64,000 nucleotides of DNA from the human T2T-CHM13v2.0 reference genome, Homo sapiens (GCA_009914755.4 CP086569.2:1216001-1280000); one strand, 5' to 3'; numbered from the stretch's first letter, positions 1 through 30,239 are shown. The notes: generated from the letters alone by a model not told the origin. Numbers and translations are program-made.

Positions 1-112
1 TAAAAGAATATGCAGGATCTCTCCATATTATTATTATTTTTTACAACGGCTTGTGTATCTACCATGGTCTCAAAATACAAAAGGCACTCTAAAAAGGAAT
101 TAGAGTTTTATT

Positions 113-843
<731 letters not shown>

Positions 844-876
844 GATTCGAGTTCTCTTTCATGTTTGTGAACCCAG

Positions 877-1009
877 GTGGGAAGCCTTGGGCAGGTGCGG
901 AGAATCTGACCTGCTGGATTCATGACGTGGATTTCTTGAGCTGCAGCTGGGCGGTAGGCCCGGGGGCCCCCGCGGACGTCCAGTACGACCTGTACTTGAA
1001 CGTTGCCAA
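877..1009 (+). CDS. IL3RA: IL3RA internal coding exon (133 nt), encoding (S)[43 protein letters not shown](N)
   Basis: Acceptor acccag at 871-876, donor gtaggt at 1010. Translation matches the interleukin-3 receptor alpha (CD123) sequence as I recall it. Phase is consistent with the next exon (AA|C = Asn). Confidence 0.9.
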
Positions 1010-1098
1010 GTAGGTGTGCCCTTGGGCAGAGGCCGGGCTGTCCCTGGTGCGGGTGCCATCGGCGTGGGGTCGTCCCCCAACCTTACCGCTTACCGCAG

Positions 1099-1283
1099 CA
1101 GGCGTCAACAGTACGAGTGTCTTCACTACAAAACGGATGCTCAGGGAACACGTATCGGGTGTCGTTTCGATGACATCTCTCGACTCTCCAGCGGTTCTCA
1201 AAGTTCCCACATCCTGGTGCGGGGCAGGAGCGCAGCCTTCGGTATCCCCTGCACAGATAAGTTTGTCGTCTTTTCACAGATTG
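1099..1283 (+). CDS. IL3RA: IL3RA coding exon (185 nt), RRQQYECLHYKTDAQGTRIGCRFDDISRLSSGSQSSHILVRGRSAAFGIPCTDKFVVFSQI
   Basis: Acceptor taccgcag ends at 1098, donor gtgagt at 1284. In-frame continuation of the previous exon. Matches IL3RA protein. Confidence 0.9.
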
Positions 1284-1554
1284 GTGAGTAGCCCGGGACA
1301 CTCCCTCCCACCCTCAGTTCTGTGATACCACGGCTTTAGCGCCAGGCCAGATCCCACGGGACCACGTGGCTCCCAACGCAGACGTTGGCCTCTCACATTT
1401 CCAGAGGCTGGACGTTGGAGGTCAGGGTGCTGGCTGGCTGGGCTCCTCGGGAGGTCTCTTCCTGGCTTGGAGAGAGGGTCATCTTCTCACTGTGTCTTCA
1501 TGTGGTGGAGAGAGAGAGAGAGATGAAGTTCTGGGGTCTCTTGTTAGAAGGGCA

Positions 1555-2900
1555 CTAACACCATCATGGGTCCCATCATGGGTCATAGGATCCCTCATCA
1601 TGGGTCATGGGACCCCCCATCATGGGTTCCATCATGGGTCCCATCATGGGTCATAGAATCCCCCATCATGGGTTTCATCATGAGTCATAGAACCCCCTAT
1701 CATGGATTCCATCATGGGTCATGGGAACCCCCATCATGGGTCCCATCATTGGTCATAGGACCCCCTATCATGGGTTCCATCATGGGTCATGGGACACCCC
1801 CCATCATGGGTTCCACCATGAGTCATGGGATCCCTCATCGTGGGTTCCATCATGGGTCATGGGACCCCCCATCATGGGTTCCATCATGGGTAATAGGACC
1901 CCCCCATCATGGGTTCCACCATGAGTCATGGGATCCCTCATCATGGGTTCCACCATGAGTCATGGGATCCCCTATCATGGATTCCATCATGGGTCATGGG
2001 ACCCCCTATCATGGATTCCATCATGGGTCATGGGACCCCCCATCATGGGTCCCATCATGAGTCATGGGATCCCTCATCATGGGTTTCATCATGGGTCATA
2101 GGACCCCCATCATGGATTCCATCATGGGTCATGGGAACCTCCATCATGGGTCCCATTATGGGTCATAGAATTCCCCATCATGGGTTCCATCATGAGTCAT
2201 GGGACCCCCCATCATGGGTTCCACATGGGATCCCTCATCATTGGTTCCATCATGGGTCATAGGATCCCCCATCATAGGTCCCATCATGGGTTCCACATGG
2301 GATCCCTCATCATTGGTTCCATCATGGGTCATAGGATCCCCCATCATAGGTCCCATCATGGGTCATGGGACCCCCCCCCCATCATGGGTTCCATCACGGG
2401 TCATGGGACCCCCCCCAATCATGGGTTCCATCATGGGTCATGGGAACCCCCATCATGGGTTTCATCATGGGTCATAGGATCCCCTATCATGGGTTCCATC
2501 ATGGGTCATGGGACCCCCCCCCATCACGGGTTCCATCATGGGTCATGGGAACCCCCATCATGGGTTTCATCATGGGTCATAGGATCCCCTATCATGGATT
2601 CCATCATGAGTCATGGGATCCCTCATCATGGGTTCCATCATGGGTCATGGGACCCCCCCCCCCCCCATCATGGGTCATGGGACCCCCCCCCCCATCATGG
2701 GTCATGGGAGCCCCCATTGTGAGTCATGGAATCCCTCATCATGGGTCTCATCATGGGCCATGGGTCCCACCATGGGTCATGGGAGCCCCCATCATGAGTC
2801 ATGGAATCCCTCATCATGGGTCATGGGTCCCATCATGGGTCATGGGAGCCCCCATCATGGGTCATGGGTCCCATCATGGGTCACGGGAGCCCCCATCATG
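1555..2900. repeat. 1.35-kb minisatellite with 10-11-bp core CATCATGGGTY and frequent GGGACCCCC spacers
   Basis: Directly visible tandem periodicity. Lies in the IL3RA intron between the exons ending at 1283 and starting at 4959. Confidence 0.9.
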
Positions 2901-3124
2901 GGGGTCCACCCTCATAACTTCAGCCCACGCCAGTCACCTCCCAAAGACCCCACCTTCTAACACCGCCCAACCAGGGGTTAGAGCTTCAGTGGAGGAATTT
3001 GGGACAGAAGGACACACACTTTCAGTCCACGATACCCGAGCTCCGAGGAACCTCCCAGGTGGTGAAAATGTCAATATGCCCAGAGCTGACGTGCCCTGAA
3101 CCCACGGGCAGGGTGCTCGGATGC

Positions 3125-4255
3125 TTCAGAAGAGGAGGGGGAAACGAGGAAGAGGAGGAGAAGGACAAGGAGAAGAGAAGGGAGGAGAGGAAGAACATGA
3201 GCAGGGGGAGGAGGAGGAGGAGGAAAAGAAACAGAGGAAAAGGAGGGGGAGGAGGTAGAGATGGAGAGGGAAGGAAGAGGAGGAAGAGAAGAAAACGGAG
3301 AAAGAGGAGGGGGAGGAGGAGGAGGAAGAGAAAATGGAGAAAGAGGAGGGGGGGGAGGTGGAGATGGGGAGGGGAGGAAGAGGAGGAAGAGAAGAAAACA
3401 GGAGGGGGAGGAAGAGAAGAAAATGGAGGGAAAGGAGGGGGAGGAGGTGGAGATGGGGAGAGAAGGAGCAGGAGGAGGAGAAGAAAGAAGAGGAAGAAAG
3501 GAGGAGGAGAGGGTGGAGGAGGAAGAGGGTGAAGGAGAGAGGGAGGAGAATGGAGAGGAGGAGGAGGCGGGGGAGGGAAGAGAAGGAGGTGAGGAGGAGG
3601 AAGGGGAGGATAGAGAAGGTGGGGTAGAAGGGTGGTGAGGTGGGGAGGGAGAAGGAGGGGGAGGAGGAGAGAGGAGGACTGGGGGGAGGAAGGTGGAGGG
3701 GGAGGAGGGGAGAGAGGAGGAGGGAGGAGGGAGAAGGAGGGGAGAGGATGGAGGAAGAGGAGCAGATGGAGGAAGGCGAGCAGGAGGGGGAGGAAAAAGG
3801 AGGAGGGGCAGGAGGAAGAAGGAGCGGGAGGAGAGGAGGAGGAGGAGGAGGAGAATGGGCAGGGAGGAGGAGAGGGAAGAAAAGGAGGGGGAGGAGGAAG
3901 GAGGGGGAGGAGGGTGGAGGGGGAGGAGGGTGGAGGGGGAGGAGGGTGGAGGGGGAGGAGGAAGGAGGGAGAAGGAGGGGAGAGGATGGAGGAAGAGGAG
4001 CAGGAGGGGGAGGAAAAAGGAGGAGGGGCAGGAGGGGAGGAGGAGAAAGGAGAGTGGAGGAGGAGGGTGACAAGGAGAATGGGGAGGAGAGAGGAGTGGT
4101 AGAAAAAGGAGAGAGAGGAAGAGTAGGAGCGGAGGGGGAGGAGGGGAGGGGAGGGGAGGGGAGAAAGACCAGGAGGGTAGGAGGAGGGGGAGGAGGGGGA
4201 GGAGGGGGAGGAGGAGGAGGGGGCCAGGGCTGGACTTCCTTCCAGGGGCCCAGGG
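3125..4255 (+). repeat. 1.1-kb polypurine tract, (GGA)n/(GGAGG)n-rich, about 99% purine on the plus strand
   Basis: Uninterrupted G/A run with only sporadic pyrimidines. Mirror-repeat sub-blocks, for example ggagggtggagggggagga x3 at about 3900-3960. Confidence 0.9.
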
Positions 4256-4958
4256 GAGACCCAGCCAGGCAGCCGGACACACAGGGCTGGGCTGGTAGTC
4301 GGGTCACACCTGAGGATGTGGAAGTGCCTGGGGTTCCCGGGAAGTGGAGGATGTCCTGGGCCACTGGGAGAGGCGGCACATCCCCTGGGGGGCTGAGGTG
4401 GGGGAGGTGAGAAGCCAGGCAGGGGCCAGGAAGTGGAAGCTTCAGGAGGATGTGTGCAGGTCAAAGTGTAGGAGTCTGCATCTTGAATGATGCAGAGAGG
4501 GCCTCCAAGGCTCCAGTGTGCTGCAGGTGGGCAGAGGGGGCATGGGAAGTAGGGGTTGGCCCTGGGCAGGGGTGGGGAGTGGGCCAGGCTGCCCAGCGGG
4601 GCTGAGCCTAGAGATGGAAGGGGCAGGGACAAAGATGTGCAGCTGCCAGTCCTTGGAAAAGCTGAACGCCTGGTACTTCAGAGAACAAAAGGGTGGTTCT
4701 GAAGGCTGCTCCCAGGACAGTGGGGCTCCGAGGGTGCAACCCCAAGGCTCACTCCTCCCAGTGCCCCCAACGCGGCTCAGTCCTGTGTCTCTGCCTGTAG
4801 AGTTTCTTTGTTCCCTCTTCCTTCCTGGTGTTTTTCTCTCCCGCTCTCCAAATGCATAGGAGAAGTAATTTGAAGTATCTCCAGAAAAAAAAAGAGAAAA
4901 AGAAAAAGAATTGATTTCTTGTACTCCTAAATCCTAAAAGTGTTTTTCTCGTTGCTAG

Positions 4959-5074
4959 AGATATTAACTCCACCCAACATGACTGCAAAGTGTAATAAGA
5001 CACATTCCTTTATGCACTGGAAAATGAGAAGTCATTTCAATCGCAAATTTCGCTATGAGCTTCAGATACAAAAG
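4959..5074 (+). CDS. IL3RA: IL3RA coding exon (116 nt), (E)ILTPPNMTAKCNKTHSFMHWKMRSHFNRKFRYELQIQK
   Basis: Acceptor gttgctag ends at 4958, donor gtaaac at 5075. Phase completes the split Glu codon (G|AG). Matches IL3RA. Confidence 0.9.
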
Positions 5075-5225
5075 GTAAACTTTCACCCCGCCCCCAGCCC
5101 CCCCACCCCCGTGGACATCCCTTATTTTTGGTAAGTCGCACTCTGGGGCCTTGAAACGGGCAACAATCTCCTCTGATAACGTCACAGAAGGCATGGATCA
5201 TTAAAAAACAAAAACAAAAACAAAA

Positions 5226-5626
<401 letters not shown>

Positions 5627-5704
5627 CTACAGATTCAATGCAAGCTTCCCAGATATTTTTGATCCACAGTTCGTTGGATCAGTTGAACATAAATATTGAT
5701 TTAT

Positions 5705-6390
<686 letters not shown>

Positions 6391-6559
6391 TGCCCCGCCA
6401 TATATTTATTATTTATACTCAAATACTAATTATTTCATATGCAATTTTTCTGTAAGTCTAAATCTGCTAAAAAACGTTAGGTCTATTAATTTCTTTTATA
6501 TTACCAAGTGTTTTTTAGCCAATCTGTTTGGGTTTTTTTTTTTTTTAAGAAAATAAATG

Positions 6560-6940
<381 letters not shown>

Positions 6941-7123
6941 CTAGTCTGATGTTGCACCCCCTACCTAGTTCGCTGGCCTGGCATAGGCTGTCTGTGGCTA
7001 CCCCTGAGTGCATCTGGACACAGTCTGGGAGGACGGTGGGTCTTGTTTGTCCACCGGCCTCACAAAGCCCCCTCCCACCAAGGTCTTGCCACAGTGGCCC
7101 ATAAGAAACCTTTTGGGCCAGGC

Positions 7124-7425
<302 letters not shown>

Positions 7426-7598
7426 TCAGGTGCTATTTACTCCTAAGCTCATTATTTTGCCCCCACTGCTGCCCGAAGGCCTTCCCAGAGCCCTCACTGT
7501 TTTGCTGGTTTTCCTGGAGGGAGAAATTTGAGTTTGGGAGGAGGAGGCTTTCAGGGACGGTCCAGACACTCAAAAGTTTGCTTGCTTTTGTGTTGCAG

Positions 7599-7625
7599 AG
7601 AATGCAGCCTGTAATCACAGAACAG
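7599..7625 (+). CDS. IL3RA: IL3RA 27-nt in-frame microexon, RMQPVITEQ
   Basis: Acceptor tgttgcag ends at 7598, donor gtgagt at 7626. Nine codons that exactly bridge ...QIQK and VRDRTSF... of the IL3RA protein. Confidence 0.85.
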
Positions 7626-7857
7626 GTGAGTGTTCCCTACCCCCAGCCGCTGTACTTGACATTGCAAAGGGTGAGTTTTATTATTATTAAGAATAAAATG
7701 ATAAAAAATATTAATAATTCTTATTAATAAAATAATGAAAATATTATTAATAATAAATGTTATTATTCAATGTTCAGTGACTTTCATTGGACAGACTCTT
7801 GAGTGTCACCCTTACTGCGATCTTGCAAAATTGGGATATTTCACATCCCCAAATTGA

Positions 7858-9992
<2,135 letters not shown>

Positions 9993-10215
9993 TTCTCTCT
10001 CCCATTATTTCTCTGTGATTGTCTCTTTCTTTCTCTGCCTCTGTCTGTCTGTCCCCCTGTATTAGTCCATTGTCACACTGCTGATAAACATATACCCAAG
10101 ACTGGGTAATTTGTAAACAAAAGAGGGTTCCTGGACTCACAGTTCCATGTGGCTGGGGAGGCCTCACGATCACGGCAGAAGGTGAAGGAGGAGGAAAGGC
10201 ATGTCTTACGTGTCA

Positions 10216-10601
<386 letters not shown>

Positions 10602-10710
10602 TCACTACCCCGAGAACAGTGTGGGGGGAAACTGCCCCCATGATTCAGTTATGTCCTACCCAGTCCCTCTCACAACACGTGGGAGTTATAAGGGCTACAA
10701 TTCAAGATGA

Positions 10711-12352
<1,642 letters not shown>

Positions 12353-12670
12353 GGCCGAGCTATTTCATCATAAGGCCCCACTGTAAGGAGCTGGGGGCTA
12401 AGACTGCAACATATGAATTTTGGGGGATCACAATGCAGACTCATTCTTTTGTACCCATCAAATATGAATGGTCTTTTCTTCTACTTTTTTGTTTGGTTTT
12501 TAATTTCAGACAGGCTCTCACTCTGTCACCCACGCTAGAGTGCAGTGGCACAGTCACGGCTCACTGCAATCTCTGCCTCCTGGGCTCAAGGGATCCTCCT
12601 GCCTCAGCCCCCCAAGTAGCTGAAACTACAGGCGTTTGCCACCAGGTCAGCTCATTTAAAAAAAAATTTG

Positions 12671-13322
<652 letters not shown>

Positions 13323-13370
13323 TCAAACTCCTAAGCTCGAGGTATCCCCCCACCTCAGCCTCCCTGGTAG

Positions 13371-13860
<490 letters not shown>

Positions 13861-13918
13861 GTGAGAGTCATGAGCCACCATACCTGGCCCCTCTTCTTTA
13901 TTTTCTTTCAAACCACAG

Positions 13919-14033
13919 GTCAGAGACAGAACCTCCTTCCAGCTACTCAATCCTGGAACGTACACAGTACAAATAAGAGCCCGGGAAAGAGTGTATGAAT
14001 TCTTGAGCGCCTGGAGCACCCCCCAGCGCTTCG
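13919..14033 (+). CDS. IL3RA: IL3RA coding exon (115 nt), [38 protein letters not shown](E)
   Basis: Acceptor aaccacag ends at 13918. Donor gtgagtg at 14034 is the first bases of the 9-mer VNTR. Matches IL3RA. Confidence 0.9.
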
Positions 14034-14037
14034 GTGA

Positions 14038-16682
14038 GTGGGCTGTGCGGGGTGCGCGGGGTGAGCGGGGTGAGCGGGGTGCGCGGGGTGAGCGGGGTGC
14101 GCGGGGTGAGCGGGGTGCGCGGGGTGAGCGGGGTGAGCGGGGTGAGCCGGGTGCGCGGGGTGAGCCGGCTGCGCGGGGTGAGCGGGGTGAGCGGGGTGAG
14201 CGGGGTGAGCGGGGTGCGCGGGGTGAGCGGGGTGAGCGGGGTGCGCGGGGTGAGCGGGGTGAGCCGGGTGCGCGGGGTGAGCCGGGTGAGCGGGGTGCGC
14301 GGGGTGAGCGGGGTGAGCGGGGTGCGCGGGGTGAGCCGGGTGCGCGGGGTGAGCGGGGTGAGCCGGGTGCGCGGGGTGAGCGGGGTGAGCGGGGTGAGCC
14401 GGGTGAGCCGGGTGAGCCGGGTGCGCGGGGTGAGCCGGGTGCGCGGGGTGAGCGGGGTGCGCGGGGTGAGCGGGGTGCGCGGGGTGAGCCGGGTGCGCGG
14501 GGTGAGCGGGGTGCGCGGGGTGAGCGGGGTGCGCGGGGTGAGCCGGGTGCGCGGGGTGAGCGGGGTGAGCGGGGTGAGCCGGGTGCCCCGGGTGAGCGGG
14601 GTGCGCGGGGTGAGCCGGGTGCGCGGGGTGAGCGGGGTGAGCGGGGTGCGCGGGGTGAGCCGGGTGCGCGGGGTGAGCCGGGTGCGCGGGGTGAGCCGGG
14701 TGAGCGGGGTGAGCGGGGTGCGCGGTGCGCGGGGTGAGCGGGGTGCGCGGGGTGAGCCGGGTGCGCGGGGTGAGCGGGGTGAGCCGGGTGCCCCGGGTGA
14801 GCGGGGTGCGCGGGGTGAGCCGGGTGCGCGGGGTGAGCGGGGTGCGCGGGGTGAGCGGGGTGCGCGGGGTGCGCGGCGTGAGCCGGGTGCGCGGGGTGCG
14901 CGGGGTGAGCGGGGTGCGCGGGGTGCGCGGGGTGCGCGGGGTGAGCGGGGTGCGCGGGGTGCGCGGCGTGAGCCGGGTGCGCGGGGTGAGCGGGGTGCGC
15001 GGGGTGAGCGGGGTGCGCGGGGTGAGCCGGGTGCGCGGGGTGAGCCGGGTGAGCCGGGTGCGCGGGGTGAGCGGGGTGCGCGGGGTGAGCCGGGTGAGCC
15101 GGGTGCGCGGGGTGAGCCGGGTGCGCGGGGTGAGCGGGGTGCGCGGGGTGAGCCGGGTGCGCGGGGTGAGCGGGGTGCGCGGGGTGAGCGGGGTGCGCGG
15201 GGTGAGCGGGGTGCGCGGGGTGAGCCGGGTGCGCGGGGTGAGCGGGGTGAGCGGGGTGAGCCGGGTGCCCCGGGTGAGCGGGGTGCGCGGGGTGAGCCCG
15301 GTGAGCCGGGTGCGCGGGGTGAGCGGGGTGCGCGGGGTGAGCCGGGTGCGCAGGGTGAGCCGGGTGCGCGGGGTGAGCCGGGTGAGCGGGGTGAGCGGGG
15401 TGCGCGGTGCGCGGGGTGAGCGGGGTGCGCGGGGTGAGCCGGGTGCGCGGGGTGAGCGGGGTGAGCCGGGTGCCCCGGGTGAGCGGGGTGCGCGGGGTGA
15501 GCCGGGTGCGCGGGGTGAGCGGGGTGCGCGGAGTGAGCGGGGTGCGCGGGGTGCGCGGCGTGAGCCGGGTGCGCGGGGTGCGCGGGGTGAGCGGGGTGCG
15601 CGGGGTGCGCGGGGTGCGCGGGGTGAGCGGGGTGCGCGGGGTGCGCGGCGTGAGCCGGGTGCGCGGGGTGAGCGGGGTGCGCGGGGTGAGCGGGGTGCGC
15701 GGGGTGAGCCGGGTGCGCGGGGTGAGCGGGGTGCGCGGGGTGAGCCGGGTGCGCGGGGTGAGCGGGGTGCGCCGGGTGAGCGGGGTGAGCCGGGTGCGCG
15801 GGGTGCGCGGGGTGCGCGGGGTGCGCCGGGTGCGCGGGGTGAGCCGGGTGCGCGGGGTGAGCGGGGTGCGCGGGGTGCGCGGGGTGAGCCGGGTGCGCGG
15901 GGTGAGCGGGGTGAGCCGGGTGCGCGGGGTGAGCGGGGTGAGCCGGGTGCGCGGGGTGAGCGGGGTGCGCGGGGTGAGCCGGGTGCGCGGGGTGAGCGGG
16001 GTGCGCGGGGTGAGCCGGGTGCGCGGGGTGAGCGGGGTGCGCCGGGTGAGCGGGGTGAGCGGGGTGAGCCGGGTGCGCGGGGTGCGCGGGGTGCGCCGGG
16101 TGCGCGGGGTGAGCCGGGTGCGCGGGGTGAGCGGGGTGCGCGGGGTGCGCGGGGTGCGCGGGGTGAGCCGGGTGCGCGGGGTGAGCGGGGTGAGCCGGGT
16201 GAGCGGGGTGCGCGGGGTGAGCCGGGTGCGCGGGGTGAGCGGGGTGCGCGGGGTGAGCCGGGTGCGCGGGGTGCGCGGGGTGAGCCGGGTGCGCGGGGTG
16301 AGCGGGGTGCGCGGGGTGAGCGGGGTGCGCGGGGTGAGCCGGGTGCGCGGGGTGAGCCGGGTGCGCGGGGTGCGCGGGGTGCGCGGCGTGAGCCGGGTGC
16401 GCGGGGTGCGCCGGGTGCGCGGGGTGAGCGGGGTGAGCCGGGTGCGCGGGGTGAGCGGGGTGCGCGGGGTGAGCGGGGTGCGCCGGGTGAGCCGGGTGCG
16501 CGGGGTGAGCCGGGTGCGCGGGGTGAGCGGGGTGCGCGGGGTGAGCCGGGTGCGCGGGGTGAGCGGGGTGCGCCGGGTGAGCGGGGTGCGCGGGGTGAGC
16601 GGGGTGCGCCGGGTGAGCGGGGTGCGCGGGCTGAGCGGGGTGCGCCGGGTGAGCGGGGTGCGCGGGGTGAGCGGGGTGCGCC
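14038..16682 (+). repeat. 2.65-kb VNTR of about 294 copies of 9-mer GGGGTGAGC / GGGGTGCGC (variants CGGGTGAGC, GGGGTGCGG)
   Basis: Perfect 9-bp periodicity, about 80% GC, a CpG in most units and a G4 run in every unit. Starts at the splice donor of the IL3RA exon ending at 14033. Confidence 0.95.
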
Positions 16683-16867
16683 ATCCTGGGTCACGGAAAC
16701 ACTCCTCTCCTGCAAAGGAGAGGAGATTCACTCCCCCAGTTTCTGTGACCCCAAAAAGGACCCTGAACCCGACGGTGAACTCACAGCTTGCTCTTACTCA
16801 CGAGAGGAGACGTGGAGGGGAAACAAGGTCGTCCCACTGACAGACACCCCCTGGGCCTTGTAATAAA

Positions 16868-17345
<478 letters not shown>

Positions 17346-17489
17346 CGCTTGAATTGTGTTCCCTCAAAATTCGTGTGTTGAAGCTTTGATCCCCCAGGAC
17401 CTCAGAATGTGACTGTGTTTGGAGTTGGGGTGTTTAAAGAGGCGATTAAGGTAAAATGAGGTCATTAGGGTGGGCCCTAATCTAACAGG

Positions 17490-17490
<1 letters not shown>
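17346..17490 (+). mobile_element. 5' portion of a MaLR (MLT1-type) LTR preceding its tandemly amplified 3' portion
   Basis: The ...cccaggacctcagaatgtgactgtgtttggagttggggtgtttaaagaggcgattaaggtaaaatgaggtcattagggtgggccctaatc...cttataagaagag motif is typical of MaLR LTR 5' halves (recollection of the consensus). It abuts the truncated Alu at 17148-17345. Confidence 0.6.
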
Positions 17491-25228
<7,738 letters not shown>

Positions 25229-25583
25229 TTTTTTCTGAAGCCACCAAGCTGTGGGACTTTTTTATGGCAGTCCCAGCAGACAGATCCACCCTCGTTCCAA
25301 ATAAGGTTATCATCATAGGTTCTGGGGGTGAGGTCATAGATGTATGTTTTTTTTTTTTTTTGGAGAGAGAGTCTCTCTCTATTGCCCAGGCTGGAGGGCA
25401 GTGGCGGCATCACGGCTCACTGTAGCCTCGACCTCCTGGGCTCAAGCGATCCTCTCGGGAGGCTAAGAGAGGAGAATCGTTTGAATCCGGGAGGCAGAGG
25501 TTGCAGTGAGCTGAGATAGCACCACAGCACTGCAGAGCGAGACTCTGTCTCAAAAAAAAAAAAAGAAAAAAGAAAAAAAATAG

Positions 25584-27202
<1,619 letters not shown>

Positions 27203-27296
27203 TAGAGCCAAAGCTGAGGGCTCTGGTGGGACCAAGGGTGTCCCCAGGGTGGAGGAAGCAGGGCCGGTCCTCCCCTGCCCTGCCCAGCGGGCCTGA

Positions 27297-27995
<699 letters not shown>

Positions 27996-28082
27996 TGACC
28001 AGCCAGGCCCTGTTTCCTTCCTGCTGGGCATCAGAGCTTCACAATCTGTCAAATGGGTGCCATGGTGACTTCTGTCTCCCGG

Positions 28083-28415
28083 GGGAAGGGGGAAAAGGGG
28101 AGGGGGAGGGGGAAGGGGAAGAGGGGGGAGGAGAGGAAATGGGGGAGGAGGGGGGAAGGGAGGAGGGGGAAGGGAGGGGGGAAAGGAGGGGGAAGGGAGG
28201 AGGGGGAAGGGAAGAGGGGGAGGAGGGGGAAGGGGAGGAGGAGGAGGGGGAGGAGAGGTGAGGGGGAGGGTGGGGGAGGGGGAAGGGGGAGGAGGAGAGG
28301 GGAGGATGAGGAGTGGGGAGGGGGAAGGAGGGAGAGGGGGAGGGGGAGAGGGAGGGTAGGGGGGAAGGGGTGGAGGGGGGAGGAAAAGGGGGAGGAAGAG
28401 GGGGACGAGGCCCTT
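28083..28415 (+). repeat. 330-bp polypurine tract (GGGGGAGG/GGAAGG)n
   Basis: Almost pure G/A on plus. About 300 bp upstream of the IL3RA exon at 28719. Confidence 0.9.
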
Positions 28416-28718
28416 CCTGCAAGCTGTCTCAGGTCGTAAACTCAGTGACCTGAGGCACCAGGGGTCTGTCTTTGCAGCTGCACCCCTGGGTGGCTCCGGT
28501 ACCAGCGCCCTACTCCTTTAATTAGACACCAGCGCCTGCCTATGATGATGGTCGGGGGCGTGTCAGGGCCTCGGGGGCCGGGAAAATAGAGACCCCTCGA
28601 GTAGATGACTTGAGTCTTTTGCTCTGTCCTGGCACTGCCTGTCCTGGACACGCTGTGTCCCAGATGATGAGCTGGTCGGTGTTGGGTTCAGAGCTGGGCC
28701 ATTTCTCTTTCCTCCGAG

Positions 28719-28800
28719 GTATCTGGTGATGCAGAGACTCTTTCCCCGCATCCCTCACATGAAAGACCCCATCGGTGACAGCTTCCAAAACGACAAGCTG
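28719..28800 (+). CDS. IL3RA: IL3RA coding exon (82 nt), (R)YLVMQRLFPRIPHMKDPIGDSFQNDKL (box1-like cytoplasmic motif)
   Basis: Acceptor ctccgag ends at 28718, donor gtatgt at 28801. Matches IL3RA cytoplasmic domain. Confidence 0.9.
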
Positions 28801-28837
28801 GTATGTTGTTTCTTCTGCCTTGGGACGGGTCTGGAGG

Positions 28838-29935
<1,098 letters not shown>

Positions 29936-30164
29936 TGGCCCAAAGTGCTGGGATGACAGGCGTGAGCCACCGCGCCTGGTCCAAAGTGCCGGGATGACAG
30001 GCGTGAGCCACCGCGCCTGGTCCAAAGTGCCGGGATGACAGGCGTGAGCCACCATGCCTGGCCCACAGAGCAGATCTGAGATGGGACAGGCCCCCGCAGA
30101 TCAGGACGTGGGCTCTGTTATCTGGGGGGTGGCCGACTCACCCTGCCTCCTCTCGTCTCTGCAG

Positions 30165-30239
30165 GTGGTCTGGGAGGCGGGCAAAGCCGGCCTGGAGGAG
30201 TGTCTGGTGACTGAAGTACAGGTCGTGCAGAAAACTTGA
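30165..30239 (+). CDS. IL3RA: IL3RA terminal coding segment, VVWEAGKAGLEECLVTEVQVVQKT*
   Basis: Acceptor tctctgcag ends at 30164. Stop TGA at 30237-30239. Matches the IL3RA C-terminus. Confidence 0.9.
   Translation: MVWEAGKAGLEECLVTEVQVVQKT

Noticed and set aside
3022-4632. 536-aa Pro/Ser/Leu-rich minus-strand ORF and 100-250-aa Gly/Glu/Arg-rich plus-strand ORFs
   Set aside because: Translations of the polypurine/polypyrimidine tract. Compositionally trivial and intronic.
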